A stretch of 22,475 nucleotides of DNA, from contig NW_021836915.1 in NCBI RefSeq assembly GCF_006345805.1, positions 1 through 22,475 of the forward strand, written 5' to 3'. The notes beneath the pieces were generated by a model. That model made no database searches. It saw nothing but the letters and a program-made list of their open reading frames with translations, and was not told where the DNA came from. Source of the stretch: Octopus sinensis (taxonomy: Eukaryota). The translations under genes were made by a program, and so were the position numbers. Below, one piece after another: positions 19,290 to 22,475 of this stretch (its first letter is position 1; every line of letters begins with the position of its first letter).

Positions 19290-19912
19290 CCACTAGTTCC
19301 ACTACCGCCACCATCACCACTACCCATCAGCGCTGTCACACCGAATACCACCACCGCCAATACCACTGTCACCACCATCACCGCCATCACCACTACCATC
19401 AACATTATCATAACGACCACGACCACGATGACGACGACGAAGATGCCCACACCACCACCACCACCGCTACTATACTATCATCGCCACCATCACAACAAAT
19501 ACCACCAGTTCCACCACCGGCACCAGTGCCAGTACCACTGCTACCGTAATCACCCTCACCAATTCCCCCTCAGCGCCAGCACAAATACCACCAACGCCAT
19601 CAATACCATCACGGCTAATAACACCCCCACCCCCAACCAACGATACAACCATTACAACTACAATTAATACCACAACCATCACCACCACCACCACCATGAC
19701 TACTATCATCCATAACACTAGTTCCATTACCACCATCATCATTATCGCCACCACTACTACCATCACCACCACTACAACATCCATCACCACAACCGCCACG
19801 ACCACCACCATTATCATAAAAACCACGACGACGACCAACGATATCAACAACAGCAGCAGCAGCACAATCGCCATCAATACCAGCAGTACCTGCATCACTA
19901 CTACCACCAAAT
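19290..19912. repeat. Cryptic trinucleotide mosaic (CAC/CAT/TAC/AAC/GAC/CAG)
   Basis: Imperfect 3-nt periodicity over about 620 bp produces spurious poly-His/Thr/Val ORFs. Confidence 0.9.
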
Positions 19913-19936
19913 TTTGGCACAGGGTTTGCAGCTTTT

Positions 19937-20112
19937 GAGAGGAGGGGACGAGTCGATTACATAGCTGCTGCCTCCCCCCCGCACCCGCTAGTACTCTTAC
20001 TGGTATTTATTGTAACGACTCTGAAAGGATGAAAGGCAAAGTGGACTTCGGTGGAATTTGAACTCAGAACGTAAAACGGTAAATGCCGCTAAGCATTTCC
20101 CGGCGTGCTAAA
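19937..20112 (-). mobile_element. Family B SINE, 5'-truncated at an (AAC)n array (20113-20200)
   Basis: GAAAGGATGAAAGGCAAAGTGGACTTCGGTGGAATTTGAACTCAGAACGTAA..GCTAAGCATTTCCCGGCGTGCTA. Confidence 0.85.
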
Positions 20113-20417
20113 CAACACAACAACAACAACAACAACAACAGCAACTATAATACCGACTTTAATAAACAAAAACAACATAACAACAACAACAAGAACGATG
20201 ACGACAAAATCATGGAAAAAGGGATCACTTTCTTCCCTCCCCAACGCTGCTACCCGGAAGTTTTCCTGTCCCCTCCCCAGCGTCCCCTCATCACACTGCC
20301 CCAGTCACACTATTCCTCTCCGCCGTCACACTATTCTCTCCCGCCACACCTTACCTCCCTCACCATCCATCTCATTCAAGGCAAAATCCTGACCTGATTT
20401 CTCCTACTTTAAAGTAG

Positions 20418-20420
<3 letters not shown>

Positions 20421-20472
<52 letters not shown>

Positions 20473-20545
20473 ACTCACTCACTCACTCACAAACACACAC
20501 ACACACACACACTAATACTCACACACTCACACTCACACAAACACT
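20421..20545. repeat. (CA)n/(CACT)n microsatellite
   Basis: Read directly from the sequence. Confidence 0.95.
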
Positions 20546-20753
20546 CGTGAGATACTATACAACATCTAAGAGGGAAACCTCTGCGACGCCCCTGCTAGAA
20601 AGTGTTGTCAAATCTCCTTCAAATCACACCCTAACGACTTAGAAATCATAAAAGGAAGGACACGTTACATAAGACTGCTCTGTATTTTAGAGACGAGGAA
20701 TCCTGTACATTATTTACATTGGATGGATATGTGTCCTCATCTTGTTTGTTGTT

Positions 20754-20799
20754 ACCACAACGTTTCGGCTTGTCCACTCTCCAGCCTTCATCAGGTGTC
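20754..20799 (-). ncRNA. Minimal type I hammerhead ribozyme motif with an intact core
   Basis: GACAC CUGAUGA A GGCU-(12 nt)-AGCC GAAA C GUU GUGGU. It has a loopless palindromic stem III (AACGUU) and a GUU triplet. Confidence 0.78.
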
Positions 20800-20842
20800 C
20801 TGGTGGAATTTTGTCCAAGGGTAGGATTCAAAATTCTACCAG

Positions 20843-20888
20843 GACACTTGATGAAGGCTGGAGAGTAAATCAGCCGAAACGTTGTGGT
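20843..20888 (+). ncRNA. Minimal type I hammerhead ribozyme motif, C3U variant
   Basis: GACAC UUGAUGA A GGCUG-(10 nt)-CAGCC GAAA C GUU GUGGU. Confidence 0.62.
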
Positions 20889-21510
20889 ATCAACAAACAA
20901 GATGAGGATACATATCCATCCAATGTGAATAATGCAAATACGGTAGTCCAGTACAAACTAATGTATAAACAACGGGATGGTCATAGCTAAGATACAGTTT
21001 CGAGATGAGACCACAAAGGGACGCCAGTGCTTATCTCTTTTTTCCCCTTAAATCTGGTACTCATTCTATACATTTTATTTTATCGAACTGCTAAGTTATC
21101 GAGCTGTAAACAAAGATCAGTTGTCCAGCAGTGAAAGACAAATACAGACGCGCTCGCACACCAACACCCCTCCCACACACACGCGCGCAGAGCGAAACAC
21201 TCACACATATACATATACATAATCATACGCACACACAAACACAAACACACGCTATACATATGTATGTAAACACACACACATATACACAATAACACAAATG
21301 AGCTGAGGTTCACTACAGCTGTTTCTGACATGTCTTTTCTATTGATGAACAAATAAATCAATTACATTATGTAAAGAACCGTTTTCTTCAGATGAATTAA
21401 AATATAAATCCAAAATTTAACATTTAAGGTTTTGCACACAAAAGCTTTAGAATATAATTATTTCACTCTCTCGTTTCGGTGCCGGTATATATTTATATAT
21501 ATGTATGTAT

Positions 21511-21695
21511 TCTTTTATTTGTTTTAATTATTTTGACTGCAGCCATGCTGGAGTACTGCTTTTAGTCGAAGAAATCGACCCCAGGACTTATTCTTCGTAA
21601 GCCTAGTACTTATTCTATCGGGCAATTTTGCCGAACCGCTAATTTACGGGGACGTAAACATACCAACCTCGGTTGTCAAGCGATGGTGGGGGACA
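21511..21695 (-). mobile_element. Family A SINE, 3' half; a more diverged piece lies at about 21050-21150
   Basis: GCCATGCTGGAG..GACTTATTCTT..AGCCTAGTACTTATTCTATCGG..GCCGAACCGCTAA..GGTTGTCAAGCGATGG. Confidence 0.88.
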
Positions 21696-22475
21696 GTGGA
21701 GTTGTAAGGTACCGTACGAGTGGGATTATATATGAAAGAAGATTTGAAAATGCAATTTTAAAAGATGTTTATTTACTTGACCGGTTTCACTTTTTTAGAA
21801 AAAGATTGTCAAAAGTAACATGTAAAAGCTTGGTTGTGTTAGGTACTGGTTGTCACAAAATATTACAATATACATATACATTCTTTGATAATAAGAACAT
21901 ATTAAGAACAGTTCATGGAAAATCATGGGAAATTATAAAAAAGTTTAAACTTTTTTATATTTTCCCAAGATTTTCCCTGTAAAAGAGAAAAAGGGAATAT
22001 ATATATATTATTGATGGCGACCTAATATGGTTGTAGTAAAGTGGTATAGTAATACCGCGGTGTTGTGGTGCACTGTTGTGCGGTAGTAGTACAGCAACTT
22101 GGCAATGCTGTAGCAATGGTGTTAAAATGATGTAGAAGAATTACTAAAGGGAAACATAACGAGCATATAATTGAAAATAAGTACTAATATATTTCGAATT
22201 TCCTATATGGGTAAAGATTAAAGAACTCGCAGAAGTGATGCCAGAAGTCAAAGATTTGGTAAGGATTTTCAAGTAGTATTTATAAGTTCCACCCCACTCC
22301 TCTCTGTGAAGTATTAGCACAGTGGAAGTTAAGCAAGAGAGCAGTTTTCCCAATAGGGATGGAAACCGGATCGCTGACACGGTTCATCAACGTCCTCTTG
22401 CTTGCATTGCTGTTCCCAATACGAGAGTCATTAAATTTATGTAATACGTAATATTTATGTTTGTATGTATATATT

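Larger units (their letters stand above)
20708..20934. mobile_element. Inverted pair of Penelope-like terminal-repeat fragments (106-bp arms, 15-nt spacer)
   Basis: Arms 20708-20813 and 20829-20934 differ at about 9 positions. Each arm carries a hammerhead motif. Confidence 0.85.

Noticed and set aside
19259-19938. His/Thr/Val-rich ORFs resembling metal-binding or mucin-like proteins
   Set aside because: They come from a trinucleotide mosaic open in several frames on both strands. No splice or start context and no non-repetitive domain were found.
20228-20365. C-rich tract with G-quadruplex potential on the minus strand and a 21-bp tandem duplication
   Set aside because: G-runs are irregular and there is no functional context; this is ordinary low-complexity sequence.
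20646-20990. Two similar ORFs on opposite strands, suggesting a duplicated gene
   Set aside because: The similarity is a by-product of the 106-bp inverted repeat carrying the hammerhead motifs.
21683-21982. 99-aa ORF
   Set aside because: Its ATG lies inside a SINE remnant, the sequence is AT-rich and no motif is recognisable.
22144-22380. 78-aa minus-strand ORF in unique sequence
   Set aside because: No recognisable domain or convincing splice sites. It cannot be excluded as an exon without homology data.

Overview
AT-rich, repeat-saturated eukaryotic genomic DNA, most likely octopus (coleoid cephalopod). This assignment rests on recalled tRNA-derived SINE families and dense (TACA)n/(TA)n/(CA)n/(AAT)n arrays; it was not checked against a database. 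No intact protein-coding gene can be supported, and most ORFs in the track are translated microsatellites. The window holds about 18 SINE pieces from three families and three decayed TE coding fragments the ORF track misses: a maT/DD37D-like transposase (4495-4725), a mariner transposase (15056-15187) and a Penelope-like reverse transcriptase (15190-15590, minus). It also holds several MITE/fold-back elements, including a 950-bp near-perfect palindrome with an 8-bp TSD. The most notable signal is a set of minimal hammerhead-ribozyme motifs of Penelope-like type. Two pairs lie in inverted duplications (20708-20934; 17005-18818), and one motif has a U3:A8 core. A possible plus-strand promoter and non-coding first exon near 2.9-3.07 kb would make the rest of the window intronic.
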